DNA of 61,228 nt, the filler included, from Platydemus manokwari (taxonomy: Eukaryota), in the NCBI GenBank assembly GCA_037951405.1. It is 5 parts of 5 records of this genome, joined end to end, with 100 filler letters (N's around TTAATTAATTAA, not from the genome) between each part and the next. Parts side by side here need not be neighbours in the genome. Positions count along the whole stretch, not along the records: positions 1 to 13,459 come from JBBMOY011720287.1; 4 more parts are not named here. One strand, written 5' to 3'. The notes under the pieces were generated by a model. The model saw only the letters and a program-made list of their open reading frames with translations, searched no databases and was not told the DNA's origin. Shown piece after piece: positions 1 to 13,559 of the stretch. Position numbers and translations under genes: made by a program. The stretch's first letter is position 1. Each line of letters starts with the position of its first letter.

Positions 1-240
1 TTTCCATTCAAATAAAATGTTTATATTAATATGAGGCAGGAATTATTAATTCTAATTATTTTAATTTCTGGTTTAAAATTACATATAAATATAACTACTT
101 ATGAAAAGAAATAAACAGCAAATATGATAAAATTGCAGGATTAAAAACAATGAACATGATAGATAATAACTGTGAATTATGAGAAGAAATGAAACTTATT
201 TTCTAAAATGTTTTATACTTGAGAACTAAATTTCAGAAAA

Positions 241-753
241 TTGAAGCCAATGAAAGGGATTGCAACAGATCTGAACAGTAGTTCTACAGATTCAGATTCC
301 AAAACAAAATCATCAATAAAGGAGTCAAATGATGACAAATTTATTGAATCCATTTCGAAAAGTCTTAACCAATCCAAAATCAACTGCTCAGAGAAAGACG
401 GTAGCTGGAAATTGACACAGAAATGTTCCAAATGCAAAAAATTCAAGCCAATGGAATATTTCGATAAATATCTGAACGGTAACTATAAAAGAAGGTGTAA
501 AGGTTGTGTGGATAAATTGCAGAAACCGCCAATTATTAAAACAAAACATTGCTTGCAATGTGATTTATTGATTTTGTTGTCAGATTATGAAGACCATTTA
601 TTGTCAGATTTGCATCGAATAAATAAAGACAAATTTGATGAGATTCTTTCTCGAAGAAAAGATGACGATTACCTCAAGAAACGAATCACTTATCTATCGA
701 AAAGAGTAAAAGAACTGGAGCAGAAAATAGAAAAATTCTCAATACCTCTTTGA
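241..753 (+). CDS. Intronless zinc-finger ORF (C4 zinc ribbon + U1/matrin-like C2H2 + C-terminal coiled coil); origin unknown, possibly Polinton/virus-derived
   Basis: 170-aa ORF in very AT-rich DNA (first ATG at 250). Motifs CSKCKKFKPMEYF...RRCKGC and CLQC-x11-HLLSDLH, then a heptad-like tail LKKRITYLSKRVKELEQKI. Confidence 0.55.
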   Translation: MKPMKGIATDLNSSSTDSDSKTKSSIKESNDDKFIESISKSLNQSKINCSEKDGSWKLTQKCSKCKKFKPMEYFDKYLNGNYKRRCKGCVDKLQKPPIIKTKHCLQCDLLILLSDYEDHLLSDLHRINKDKFDEILSRRKDDDYLKKRITYLSKRVKELEQKIEKFSIPL

Positions 754-3700
754 ATAATTTTCGTGTATTTTAATGAATATATCGTTTTGATTTTGAAACT
801 CTTTATTTATCTCCGCTGAGTCAAAAATGAAACATCTTTTTAATTTTAATGTCTGTTCACAAAAACCGAACCGATAATTAAATCTATTAATAACTCATTA
901 TATACAGTCAGTCACACACACGCACACACACATATCTTCTCACATGTATCTTCTTTTAATTTTCCTTCTAGAATTCTTAAAATCTCCTTTCTCCATGAAC
1001 GTTGAAACTTGCTTAGAAAAAACTTTTAAAAATTTGATATAAAAATTTATTTTTACAATGATATTTAACTACATACAAGTTGAATTCTTTTCGTATCTGA
1101 TATCGTGTATGATCCCGTTCCCACTAAGATAATTCAAAGTATCTGATTAAAGAAATAAGGTATCATTATTCATACACGATTTTATAATAGAGTTAAGCTC
1201 ATTTATCAAAGATGTTACAATCTTAATAGACTTGACTTTTTTTGGCTGCACCCGGATATAATTATCTCCTATCACTTCTTCAGTAGAGTACCTTTTTACT
1301 TTAACCTATACAGACCATAATTTAATAACTTCTGCCAAGATCGTAACAATCAATTGAAGCAATACCAGCATGCTATATGTCTTTAAATTAAATTAAAAAA
1401 TAAAGAAAAATGTACGACTTTAACACCGGTCTCTAAATTTTCATTGAAATTAAGTGATCTACAAGAAGGCAGAAATTGATTTAAATACGGAAATGTGAGT
1501 ATTATGCCGACACACAAGGAAATTGGTTAGAAAATAAAATACACACCAGACAAACAACTTTTACACGGTGCACATTATCCCCTGTCCTCCAACAACAATG
1601 TATTTTAAATACTTAATTTACCCTAATTAAAAATTTACCTTTACTGTAATATGACATTTAAGTGATTCTAACTCTGTAATCTGCTAGATGTACAGGGGAT
1701 TTTTTCCACAGAACAACTAAATTTTATTATTATATCTTTTACTTACTAAATTTAGAACAAAAATAATCGTCTTATTTATATAATAATTTGTAATTTTTTC
1801 AGTAAAAACGGGTGTAAATTATTGATTCTGTGATTTGCTGTCTGTATGAGCTTAAAAAAATTTAATGAAAGATTAAAATTATTTTATATTTATTGAAGGA
1901 TTTATATATTAATACTTCAAATTTATTGCAACTTTATTAAACATAAGTGGAAGGAAATGAGATCAAGTAAATATTACTTGGTTTTGACAGTGGGTTTGTC
2001 AGCGAACAATCGTTATATCTTTAAAACCGTTTTTCAATATACTTTGTGAAGTTAGAAAGATATAAGAAAAAAATAGATTGTTTTCGTCTCCTGTAAAAAC
2101 TGCGTTTCGTTTACTAAGCTATTAAAAATAAAAGAGCCAATAATTTATCAAAATAATTTAGATCTGTACATGGAAAATTGATAAAAAAATGTTATAAAAA
2201 GAATTTCAAAAGTTGTAGTGAAAATTTGCCAGGAAGATGACAAGAAAAAAATCATCCAATCAAAGATGATATGAAATTCCATCTGTGAAAAAGCTTTAAA
2301 ATATCGAAGGTAGGTGTTCTAAGGAATTTAAAATACCTGACAAACATGCCTAGAGAGCAAAAATCTAAAACCCGAAACAACCTTTTGAAAATAGTATTCA
2401 CAGAGGGACGGCACTCACCCTCTCAGCAGCCAATCAGATATCTTGAGTTAGAACCAGTTACAACAATCGACAATATAAATTATTTTACCAATTATAACAC
2501 ACATAAAATATAGACATCCAATTGAACTGGTTGTCGATATAATCGGTCCTTCTTAACCCTTCTCTATGTGATTTGATTTTTGGGATCTTTATTTGATCCA
2601 AATTTTTTGTCATTTAGCCCTGTATGACTTGTCTTTTAATATAATAAACCTTGATGAAATAAAACTTGAAAAATCATTCCAAAATTTTATTTTTCAGTGA
2701 TTTATCGATTAGCTCTTATTGTTGATGAAACCTCAAAAAATTAATTATAAAATATCAAAAAAAGAGAATGATTTTGTTCAATCGGAGCTGTTTAATAGGC
2801 CGTATTATTAAATCTTATTAGCAAATTAAATAATAATTATTATTATTAATATAATTCTTATCTATTTTTGTCAAAAGAAAATTATATATGATAACAATTA
2901 GGTCAAAACGAGAAGCCAATTTAATGGCAATGGCATCGAATATGTGCTAATTAGTTAATAGGAACATTATTTGATTCTAAATTAGATTTATTGAAAAATT
3001 CTCTTTGATTTTCAATTTAAAAATACGCCTCAATGTTTTGAAAGCATCTTGAAATCATCCTCAATAAGCCACAGCTAAATTCGATTCAAGAAGTTTGACA
3101 ATGTTTTCGAATGACATACAAATGAAAACCAAACTTTTCTCGTTACAAAACCAATTCCATTAATCTTCATTTTCTGTAATCCACACCTTTTATTTATCTG
3201 TTGCAGATTCTGAATTAAGCTCCTTAATATTATTTCATTTATCTCTATCAACTGAAATATTATATTTCGTCATTTGATCCTTTAGACTTACATAAATTAA
3301 TGATTACGTCATCTACCAGAAGGATTACTTATTATTAATCAGGACGATTTATTGTATCAACCCAAATTGAAATGTATTTCTCTATCAGATTTCGAGAATT
3401 TATGAACGAAATATAAATCTCTGAAAATGCTTTTCAAATCTATCATGGGATATTGTAAAAGCTTTTTAATTTTAATAAACATTTTTCGACATATATATAT
3501 TATATAATTATAATTATTGGATGACTTATTATTGAATTATTTGGTAGCTTATATTACTCGGTTGTCAAGTGAATAAGAGACCTATAGTCCGTTGTTACAT
3601 TGATAGTTATGTTGGTTGACTTGAAGCATATAATATTGATGGGATTTCATAGTGGGTTATCGATATACTGATTAATAAGAACAAGTCAAGAATAATTTAT

Positions 3701-3964
3701 CGATGATTTATCTAGAAAATCAATAATATGAATTGGAGCAGATATTTGATGATCCCACCAAAGTTTTGACTGCTAATCGATCACTTTGCTAATTGGCATA
3801 GTTTCTGCTTATAATCGGTAAAATAATTTGTAAATTACCATATAAATAACGATCTGAATGACGTGACATTCTGGTTGGGAGAATAAGTAATTTGACTTCT
3901 ATGAATCGATAATGAGAAATTTCTGTGCGACATTTTATGATGGTTCCGTATTTATATACTATTT

Positions 3965-4087
3965 CAGGGGTGGCCAACACGTTGATCGCGATCGACTGGT
4001 CGATCTTGAAGACAATTTTAGTCTATCACGTGAGATGTTATTCAAATGAAAAGTCGATCTTACGTACACAAAAGTTGGCCACCTCTG
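3965..4087. mobile_element. hAT (Buster-type) MITE, 123 bp
   Basis: TIRs CAGGGGTGGCCAAC / GTTGGCCACCTCTG; 8-bp TSD tactattt / tactaatt (7/8). Confidence 0.9.
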
Positions 4088-5679
4088 TACTAATTGATTT
4101 GACTTATTTCCCAATGATTTACCTGGTTGCCATGGTGATGTGGATATAAAATTAAAAATATATGGTATTTTATAAAATTACTAGGACAACGGGTTTTATG
4201 CCCTTATGGCTTATTTATTTAACAATATCTGGTGGTATTTATATAATTTATTTAAAAGCGACTTTTGATGAAATAAAACGGGAGAAAGCCGAACAGTCAG
4301 TGCAATGACAAGACAGCATTAATAGGAGTTCTTAACAGAAGCGTTTGTTTTGTTGTATACAGGAAATGAGCTAAAAAATAAATACGAATAAATCCTCCTG
4401 TTTCTTTCATCATGACTTTTTATCGTATAATCAGAAAAAATGGATTAAAACAAATTTGGAGATAATTTCGAAATAAAAGTGAATTCATGCTTGATGCTCT
4501 GAAATTAATGTCGTAGACCTTTTCAAGATTACAGCAGTTTTTTTTAAGACATAACAGCACTTTCCCATACCATATTGATAGGGAATTACAAGCTCAATAA
4601 ATAGAGAATTAATTTAAAGGAGAAGTGGAGTGATTTAGGAATGAATCATGCTGAGGACCTCTTGTGAGTTATATACGGTAAAGCCGGATATTTGTGAATG
4701 ATTCAGATGTTGTATTCAGTCATGTTATCAATGATACTGACGAAGTTGTTACTGCAAAAACCGCGTATTCCAAACTAGTTCCAGAAACAAATGACTGTCT
4801 CTTTGATTGTTATCTTCAGCTGGAATGTACAAAGGAAAATAATATCGACAACGGAACTCTTATGTTACGGATTAGTGAAAATGGATTCAGTCTGACAAAC
4901 GAAGCACAAAAAGATAAAGTAGGTATGCAGAAGACTAAATCTCGGGTATATCTTTTGGAGATAGCAGTCCTCATTCCAACGATCATAGAAGAGAAACCAC
5001 TGGAATCTGAGATCAACTAATCATAAGAGGTTTGGAATGTCAACCGATATTTATAATTTGATTTTTATTTCATCAATCGATATGAAAACTGAACAAATCC
5101 TAAGAGATTTCAATAAAAGCTTTGGAACCGGAAATTTCTGGAATAAATTTCCCATGGGGTTCGTATGGACTTATTTTGATAGTGTTGGTTCGGTGAATTT
5201 TAGTCATTCCAATTTTATGCAGATAGCTTATCTTTGATTAAATGAATTTAGACTAATAAAATTGTACTTTATTCCTTATTCCAAATTTTACATTTTTTTT
5301 ACACATGGACTATATCGGTGAACCAATTACTGGGCTTGTCAATAGTTCGATTAACAAACTCTCATAAGTCAATTGGTAGACTTTTAGAAGATTGAAAGTA
5401 TCTAGATTTACACTTTAGCTATTTGCAACCAATTCGATTTATCGGTTTCAAATTATTGATAAATTCAGGAATAGATTATCAATAAATTTATTACTGTGAA
5501 AAATGTGACAAAAATAAATTTAAAATTGCAGATTTTTAAATCGTTTTTTTTTATAATTCTTTCAAAATTTCATTAGTTTGTTCAAATTATACGAAAAACT
5601 TATTTTAACCAAGGAATTGAAATATTTTTTTCATAATCGATTTTAAAATGTGAACAATAAGTAATTCATCAATCTAAAC

Positions 5680-6061
5680 CAGTAGTTCTCAATTCCGGAG
5701 TTGCGACCCCAAATGGGTTGGGCAAGCATTTTTAAAGGAATCGCCGAATTATGGTAAATACACTAACCATTACATGTGAAAAATAGTTTCTTATGATGCT
5801 GTTAAATAAATAGTTTGTGATGCTGATTAAACTACTTCTGTTCACGATCACCTTGACTACAACAGTTAAGTATTTTATAGGTAATGTTATTATCTGATAA
5901 TCTTATTATTATAGGTAATTAATTCATTACTTGTTGTAAATCAATGAAATATAAATCAAGCGGTATTTAGTTATATTTAATAATATTGGTTTTCTTTGGG
6001 GGCGCCAAGATCTTTAAAATCGGAAAATGGGTCGCGATAAACAAATGGTAGAGAACAGCTG
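5680..6061 (+). mobile_element. hAT (Charlie/Buster-type) non-autonomous element, family copy 1
   Basis: Ends CAGTAGTTCTCAA ... AGAGAACAGCTG; 8-bp TSD atctaaac / atctagac; internal sequence matches the inverted copy at ~38193-38588. Confidence 0.88.
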
Positions 6062-6352
6062 ATCTAGACCAACGCCGTTGTTATTTTCCTACATTTGTTT
6101 AGCGAAATAACCAGGATGTGAAGAAAATTCTTCTGCCTTCGAAGAAAGAAACGATACAAAGACTTTGAATCATACACAATAAAAATGAGATGAAGGTCTA
6201 TCCCAAGATCATGTTTATGCTTAATAAACATTAGATTTTTTTTATTTACTTATTTTTTACTCTCACTGATGAAAATATTTCAAAACAAAATATTCAAGAA
6301 AATTGAATCAATAATTTATAATATTTTAATATCAATATATTTTCTATTGAAG

Positions 6353-6530
6353 ATTGTCATCGTCATAGTGATAAATCAATTTATATATTTTATTGTGTTA
6401 CACATCAACCCAATGTCACAAATCATTCTACTCACAGAATATTAACAAGTGAAAGTCACGATTTTGATAATTATATATTTGTAACCAAAAATTATTCGAA
6501 TATATTTGGTGCTGACTTGAACCAGGTCAA
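6353..6530 (+). other. Candidate exon with a B-box-like zinc-binding motif (possibly degenerate)
   Basis: Stop-free frame DCHRHSDKSIYIFYCVTHQPNVTNHSTHRIL... ending at a perfect GTAAGT donor. Resembles B-box CxxH-x-FYCxxH...HxxH but lacks the internal CxxC. Confidence 0.25.
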
Positions 6531-8470
6531 GTAAGTAAAGGTTTTTAACGTTTAAACAAATTTTCATTCTGCAATTATTCGATAGTTCGACTTGTGCGAG
6601 TGATGTCTCGATGAGAATGATTTAATTATGCTAGATAAAGACTTTTCATTTATTTAACATGGAGATCTTGTTATGATAGATTAGGCATGCTTTACTATTG
6701 ATAAAAAATCGATCAACATAAATCGATCGTTAAAATTCGATTTTATAATAAAATATGGCATTTCTATCAATGTCTCTGGAAATGTTAATAATTATTCTAG
6801 TTTTATAATAATTCATATTTTATAGGAAGAAAGAACTCCAGATAATTTAGCTTTCTTGATGTCATATTTAATATAAATGAAAATATATTTTATCGCTTCC
6901 ATTTTCATTTTGAAGTTTTTATATAAAATTTTGTAATTAATGGCAGAATGAAAATTTTATTATTTCGTCTCTCATTGTATGATTATGGGAATACATTTAG
7001 GGAACGAATGAAATTTATTCTTTTATTATGGTTGAAAACACATAAAGTAGCGATTTGATTTTTTTGAGCCATCAATAACACGGTGTCATTCATCTAAATC
7101 ACATGGCCTAATAATAAGGCTATGGGAATAATTTTTGAGAAATATCAATAAATAAGTCGATAATTTCATTTTCAAATCAACTTATGTTTTATAAAACTGT
7201 TAACGTTTTTGTTTAAATCAATACTGGATTTTCAAATCATAGCAACAAGGCTCCTCATTCAAGAAAAATCATTTGGCGATAATCAATGATAAAATATATT
7301 TTTAATGAATTGAATAAAAGATAGAAAATCATTACAATCAATATTATTATTAATTTTCATATAATAATCGATATTTTTATATTCAAATATAGCCAATTCT
7401 ATTTATTATTCATGATTTTGAAAATATTTATTTATTTGTTTTAATTGAAGTTCTCAATATTTTACCTTATCGTCAAATGTCTGTGACAAGGTAAATATCG
7501 ATTCGATATTCATAGAATCTGATGGATAGAATCTGAATATTTTTAATAACATTATAGTTATGGAAATAATCGAGCTATCATTACTTCATCTAGACACACA
7601 TATTCTTCCTATTTAGATTTTGATAGGAATTGGTTTGTTAATGAGGTGAATAATTCTACAATAAAACAATCAGTAGTAAACAAATCTCCACTTGATAAGA
7701 TCCCCCGTGCTATACATTTAGTGATTACTGCTCCACAAGAAAGGAGATTTTAAACGATTACAGTGTATTTGTTTTAATGATAATGCTAGCGATGATCAAA
7801 CACTTAATTTGGACTTTATTTGTTTCATCTAGATCGTTTTATCACTAAAATGTATTTCAGTAAACGGCAAATCGTGATTTATGTAAATTATTTCCTCTTT
7901 TATTTTCCGTGAAATATTATGACTGTTATTATGTAGCTTGGCTTCCCTTAACGTATATCTATAACGCTATTCTACTCTCAAATCATGGCTATTGTTAGCG
8001 ATAGCTATATCATTTAAATCATTCGAATTATTAATAAAGACCCAGCAGAATATATTTCCAATAAATAGATTATTTAAATAAACATTCAACAATGTACGTC
8101 TCGATCAGAATAATTTTAAATTTCTTACAAATTATATACATGAGAGGTGTGTGTGTGTGTGGATTTAAGGTGTAGATTCAGATACGATAATTCTTGTTTA
8201 AAATTCAATATTCGCATTGATTAATAACATCAATATTTAGTTTTTAATAATCGATTTTTTGGATTAATCTCTACATCTATCGATTGTGGTGAATCAAATA
8301 TAAAATTATTCAGTCGCTTCTCTTGCATAATAAATGTTTCAAAACCGTTTTTATTATTTGACCTAATATTGCAGTGTAAAAGCTTTCATCCGAAAAAAAA
8401 CAAATTCTTTCTTATTTTTAAATCTTTTTAAAACAATATTTTGACTCTTTTATCAAACTATTGTTTAGGG

Positions 8471-9277
8471 AAGTGGTTTTCAATCTTTTTGCTGGAGAGA
8501 AACCCCACCGAAACATTCCTCTGGCTCGAGGAACCAATATGCAATAATTTATTTGTTTTATGCTGAAAAAACCATTTAGTTTTTTAATTAAATAAAAATA
8601 TTCATGTTCAGAGTATTGCACATGTTTGTTGATGAAATGAAAACAAAATTGTACTTGTTTGAATAGACTAAATTTATTCTCAACAAAAACTCGGTGCGAG
8701 ATTTAAACCTGATGTTTCTTGCACAACTCTTTAAGATTAAGTCCTGTTTCTTGACAACACACACCAAGTTCATCATTAGCGCTATCTTCAACAATAGCCC
8801 ACATATCTTGTGTTTGATGGTCGTTAGAGCTGAAAAATTCAAATTCACACAAATATAAGGCTGAAAATTGCACACGAAATCGTATCGCTTTCTGGGCAAT
8901 TGCAAGATATTCCTTTTCAACCAGCAACCAAGATATATAAAAGCAAACCTAATAGTGGTAGGACAAAGTGATCTTTCCAATGTAGCGAGTTTATTTATGT
9001 TATATTTAGTATANNNNNNNNNNNNNNNNNNNNNNNNNNNNNNNNNNNNNNNNNNNNNNNNNNNNNNNNNNNNNNNNNNNNNNNNNNNNNNNNNNNNNNN
9101 NNNNNNNNNNNNNNNNNNNNNNNNNNNNNNNNNNNNNNNNNNNNNNNNNNNNNNNNNNNNNNAGATTTTCGAAATTGAATTCAACATGTTGTTCATTTTT
9201 TCGTTGTTCTAATATAAAATTTTCGAAATTGTGGAACCCCTGGAGTGCACTCGTGGAACCCTCGTTGAAAACCACTG
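8471..9277 (-). mobile_element. Buster-type hAT transposon relic with frameshifted transposase C-terminal dimerisation domain (spans a 149-N gap)
   Basis: TIRs (A)AGTGGTTTTCAA / TTGAAAACCACTG; TSD gtttaggg / gtttatgg. Minus-strand frames give WLLVEKEYLAIAQKAIRFRVQFSALYLCE / FSALTTIKHK / ELGVC...LNLKELCKKHQV, like the ZBED8/Buster C-terminus. Confidence 0.88.
9014..9162. other. Scaffold gap (149 N)
   Basis: Run of N without the linker; lies inside the hAT element. Confidence 0.98.
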
Positions 9278-12217
9278 GTTTATGGGTTTTATTTGATTAA
9301 TACAGCATTATTATTATTATGAAAATTATTATTATTATTATAAATATAATAATAACTATTATTAACGTGCTTTTATTAGATATCAATTCATATGAATTAT
9401 TCGCAAATTAGTGAGTAGAAAATGGCCACCGAATATCAAGTCTCTAAATGAGTATGATCAAATTAACCGTATTACAACATTTACTTGTTAATATTTCCAT
9501 CACATTTGAAACGTGTTCATTATCGATAACAGAATTTGTTTCGTTATTTCAGCTCATCGATTGGTAAGTCAAGCAATTAAGGCAATAACGAATCAAAAAT
9601 AAATTACCTCGTATAAAATTCGAAAAATATTACAAATCCATAGATGGTGATGACAATGCGCAGCTTCGTTTTAAATATAATTACAGCTTTCTTATTTCTG
9701 GGTTTGTTTAACTCGATTGATTCCAGATATTGGCATCCTTCAAGATTTGGAAAACGCGCAGGTTTTATTTTTAGCTATTTTTGTAATACATTTTTCGGTT
9801 GATTTTAATAAAATATTTTATCAATGAATAGGACGACTTATAGTTCAAAAGATTCACTTAATTTATATTGTTAAAGTTTTTATCACGCCTGAATCCATCA
9901 ACTAGTTTATTCCTTTCCATCAATGATCAAAGAGAATCTTTCCCCATTTATGAAACCATAGATTTATTATTTTTGATGCACATGATGAAATATTATTTTA
10001 ATAATTATTCTATTCTACAAATTCTGGTATCGATAATCGATGGAGGAAACTTTTACAACAAAAACTAAGCCTTGACTCACTTGATATGTTTGATAACAGT
10101 TTAAGGGTAATAATTAATAATGACTTCATAGTGGGTAGTTTTCGTGGAGATATCAAGATAAGATCCCATTTCCTATCCACACAAGAAAGATTTATTTTAA
10201 TGAATTGGAGATGTGAGTTCATATTCCACCGAGAAAAATAATAATGGATCGATAATACTTAATATTACTTATAAAATGTTTTGAGTAGTATAATTATTCT
10301 GAAATAAATATTTTTATTTTTAGACTACATTGAGGATATAAGCCTGGACGAAATTGTGAGAAGATGCGTTTTCAATCTCCATAAGAAGTCTATTGTTTGC
10401 AATTTAGACAATGATATATCCAATAACAAGAATGGTATCTGAGTTCTTAGGACGTTGGAAACTGGTATTTTTTGAGAAATAGAATTTCTTTATTAAAAAG
10501 AAGCTTTTAATTTGATTGAATGTTGTGTTTGGATCATTTAAATCTCCTCATAATTTAGACAACATCTTCCAGAAAATAAGAAATGGTACAGATGAATAAT
10601 TTTAGCGTTTATATTCTTTTGATATATTTTTTAATGCTTCATTAAGTCGGTTTAAACCTTTTATTCTCAATCGAAATAATAAATCTAAAATAAAATTCTA
10701 GAAGGGGTGTGTTACCCCTTCTAATTTATCACACCATTTTGGAATATTAAAGAATTTATTGTAATATCGGTGTGTGTATGTTTGTGTCTTTTCGATAATT
10801 TCTGATATTTGTTTTATCAAATACTCATCTGCAAATATGACATTGTCACCCAAATCACATTCATAATTTACAAATCCGAACATCAATTTTATATTTATTC
10901 ATAAATCATTATAAAAGTTTTTATTTTTCGATTATCGTGAAGATCAAAACTTTTGATTAAATTAATCAATTAATTAACGAGTGCTGGATTATTCAGATCT
11001 GAAATAAATCAATAAAGATAATAATTGTAAGTAATATCATGGATTTCTATTTGGACCACTGGTAATCACAATATATTTATTTTTATTGTCAGCACTGAAC
11101 ATATTCTCGAAAGCACCATTTTATACTTGACATTGGGCTGTCATAATATTTCAGTTATTGTATTTCAGTTCCATATCAGCACATTCAATACAATAATAAT
11201 ATCGATTATAGATAATTATCAAGTTTAAATCAGCACTGCTAATTTCCTATTAAATTCTGTAATTAGCGCATTCGCGGAGATCCTTTCAAGTCAGGAAATA
11301 TTCTTTAACGGTGTTTCCTATTCTTGTGACTGCTCTTACTGAATAAATATTGATTAGGTTATCTCATAAATATCAGAATATCCCAAATTTGTTTTACTCA
11401 TCTCAATATTATTAGTAAACACTTGGTGTTTTCTGTTGAAAGGAATGTCTTGAATCACATTCTTTGTTTCCTCTTTTATGTAACATCCATTTCTCATATC
11501 TTAATTATAGCTATATTTAATCGGATGAACAGCGACATCTTTCGTTTATCCATATATGCACTTTATTATTCTTGAAGGTCACTTTGATCATCACATTCTC
11601 TTAAATTAATAAAATCTATTTATCATGAGATTCCTCTCAATTTTGAAATGTGAGAAATGAATGAAAATATATGGTTTGTTATATGATATGTCAATGATGT
11701 AGCGGAGATCTGTTTCAAGATCGATTTTTCCTCTGATCATAAGCATAATCATTAGCAGGAGTAGCGAAAAACAAAATCGAAGAAAAAGAAATTTTGAGAA
11801 GATTCTATTTAAACCGGTGTGGTAACAGTTGTAAGATAATTTATATGGTTGAGTAGATCGCAATTCTATTGAGGTTATTTGATGAATCTTTGTTTGACGC
11901 GTTCAAGAGATTTATTAAACGTCATCTTTCCAAATGGGGTGAATTTACAAGATAAAGAAGCAAAAAATTATGGATTATTTCATTTAATAATAGAAGAAAC
12001 ATTAAAGTCCTTACAATCATAACAGATCTGATGCAGCACCAAATATCGAAATTTGTGTTTTAATGAATATTGGCGATCATAATAAAATTTAAATTTCTAT
12101 ATGGATACGGAATCAGATTTCATTATTTTCTTAAGATTTAATAAATAATTTATAATAAGGTCGAGTAAAATGACCTTGAAATTGAGTGAGTTTATGGAAG
12201 GGTTTTATGGCATGCAA

Positions 12218-12445
12218 CAGGGGCCTCCAAAGTACGGCCTGCCAAGCTTACTATGAAACACGCGAACATTATGACACAAATCTTGCTACAGGTCACGATT
12301 GCCTGATGAACATTTAAATGACTTATTAATGATTTCAACTAGTCATTTTGTACCATAATTTTTGTAAACCTATCATAGTTTTGGCACTCCAAATTTTAAA
12401 AAATCAGCAATGTGGCCCTTTGCTGAAAAAGTTTGGAGACCCTTG
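12218..12445 (+). mobile_element. hAT MITE (228 bp), family copy 1
   Basis: Ends CAGGGGCCTCCAAA ... TTTGGAGACCCTTG; near-identical inverted copy at 39537-39764. TSD not preserved here. Confidence 0.88.
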
Positions 12446-13372
12446 ATATAGAGTATACAGACAGATAAAGATAATTTGATATTAAGATGTGGAGAATGAA
12501 TAGAGAATTAAGTATGAAGAATATTAAAGGTTTTCAAGAAAGTGTGATGTGATAATTTTAAAGATTTGATAAAATAATTAATTTTGTTTTAAAATAAATC
12601 ATAAAATACCATTGAATAATTTGTTTGAACATTTTTATTAAATATACTTTTTCTGGTTGACTTTCTTAGATTTGTTTTCAAATTCTTATTTAATGAAATA
12701 ATAATAACTAACAACTGACACTTAACATTTTTACAAATAAGCGATGAATTTGGAAATTACAAAAAGTATAATTACCGATATAAGTAAAACCTAATCCGAG
12801 GTTGACTCCAAATTAAGGCAAGAGTTAATCACGGATTGAAACTTTTTTTCTGTTACAATACAACTCAAATAAATAAAAATATGAACTCCAGCTAGGTTTA
12901 TCATTATCCCTATGTCAATAACATCTCATAATCAAGGCCCCCAGCGGTAATTAGGCTTACTAAAATCACTATTTTATGGTTTCCATTAACTCTAGAGATG
13001 GGAAGATATATAGTTTATTTTTTATTCAATTTGGCCTTTAAATGTAAAAACATCATTTGCACCATTATTTACAATTGTTAAGGAATTTGAAATGAGAGAA
13101 ATTTTCGAATATTTCTTTATTTTTAGAAAGATTTCTGCTGCCATGTCTAACTATAAAAAATACAGCAAACATATAGATTTAGACTGCAGAACCTCAATAA
13201 TTAATATGTGGACTACCTAAGAATATGATTTAATAGATAAATAATTTTTATATATAAGGTTATAAAGATCCATGGAAACGCTTTAGTATCTATTTTTAAA
13301 ATATTAAAACGGCTCTCAATTATGTCTGCCTCATTTATTTAAGAAACTAAATACCCTGTATTTGAATCTTAC

Positions 13373-13459
13373 GCTGCTTGTTTGAATGAAGCCCACGACG
13401 ATGACGAAAGTTAATAAAAATGCAAGAAGCAATGACGCAACCAGTGCTAATCCTGTGTC
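13373..13459 (-). CDS. Possible partial exon encoding a transmembrane helix (truncated by contig end)
   Basis: Minus frame DTGLALVASLLLAFLLTFVIVVGFIQTSS followed by a GTAAGA donor; GC-richer than flanks. No partner exon identified. Confidence 0.3.
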
Positions 13460-13559
13460 NNNNNNNNNNNNNNNNNNNNNNNNNNNNNNNNNNNNNNNNN
13501 NNNTTAATTAATTAANNNNNNNNNNNNNNNNNNNNNNNNNNNNNNNNNNNNNNNNNNNN
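13460..13559. other. Artificial contig-joining linker
   Basis: 44 N + TTAATTAATTAA (stops in all six frames) + 44 N. Confidence 0.97.

Noticed and set aside
4694-5020. 108-aa ORF as a gene
   Set aside because: GTG start, no recognisable motif, flanked by stop-ridden coding-like sequence; probably a TE relic I cannot classify.
11690-12060. Possible MULE transposase remnant (DHKHNH, TIITD)
   Set aside because: Only two short motifs amid stops; no TIRs found.
13504-13515. TTAATTAATTAA repeated four times as a biological motif (e.g. piggyBac sites)
   Set aside because: Always centred between exactly 44 Ns on each side; it is an assembly linker.
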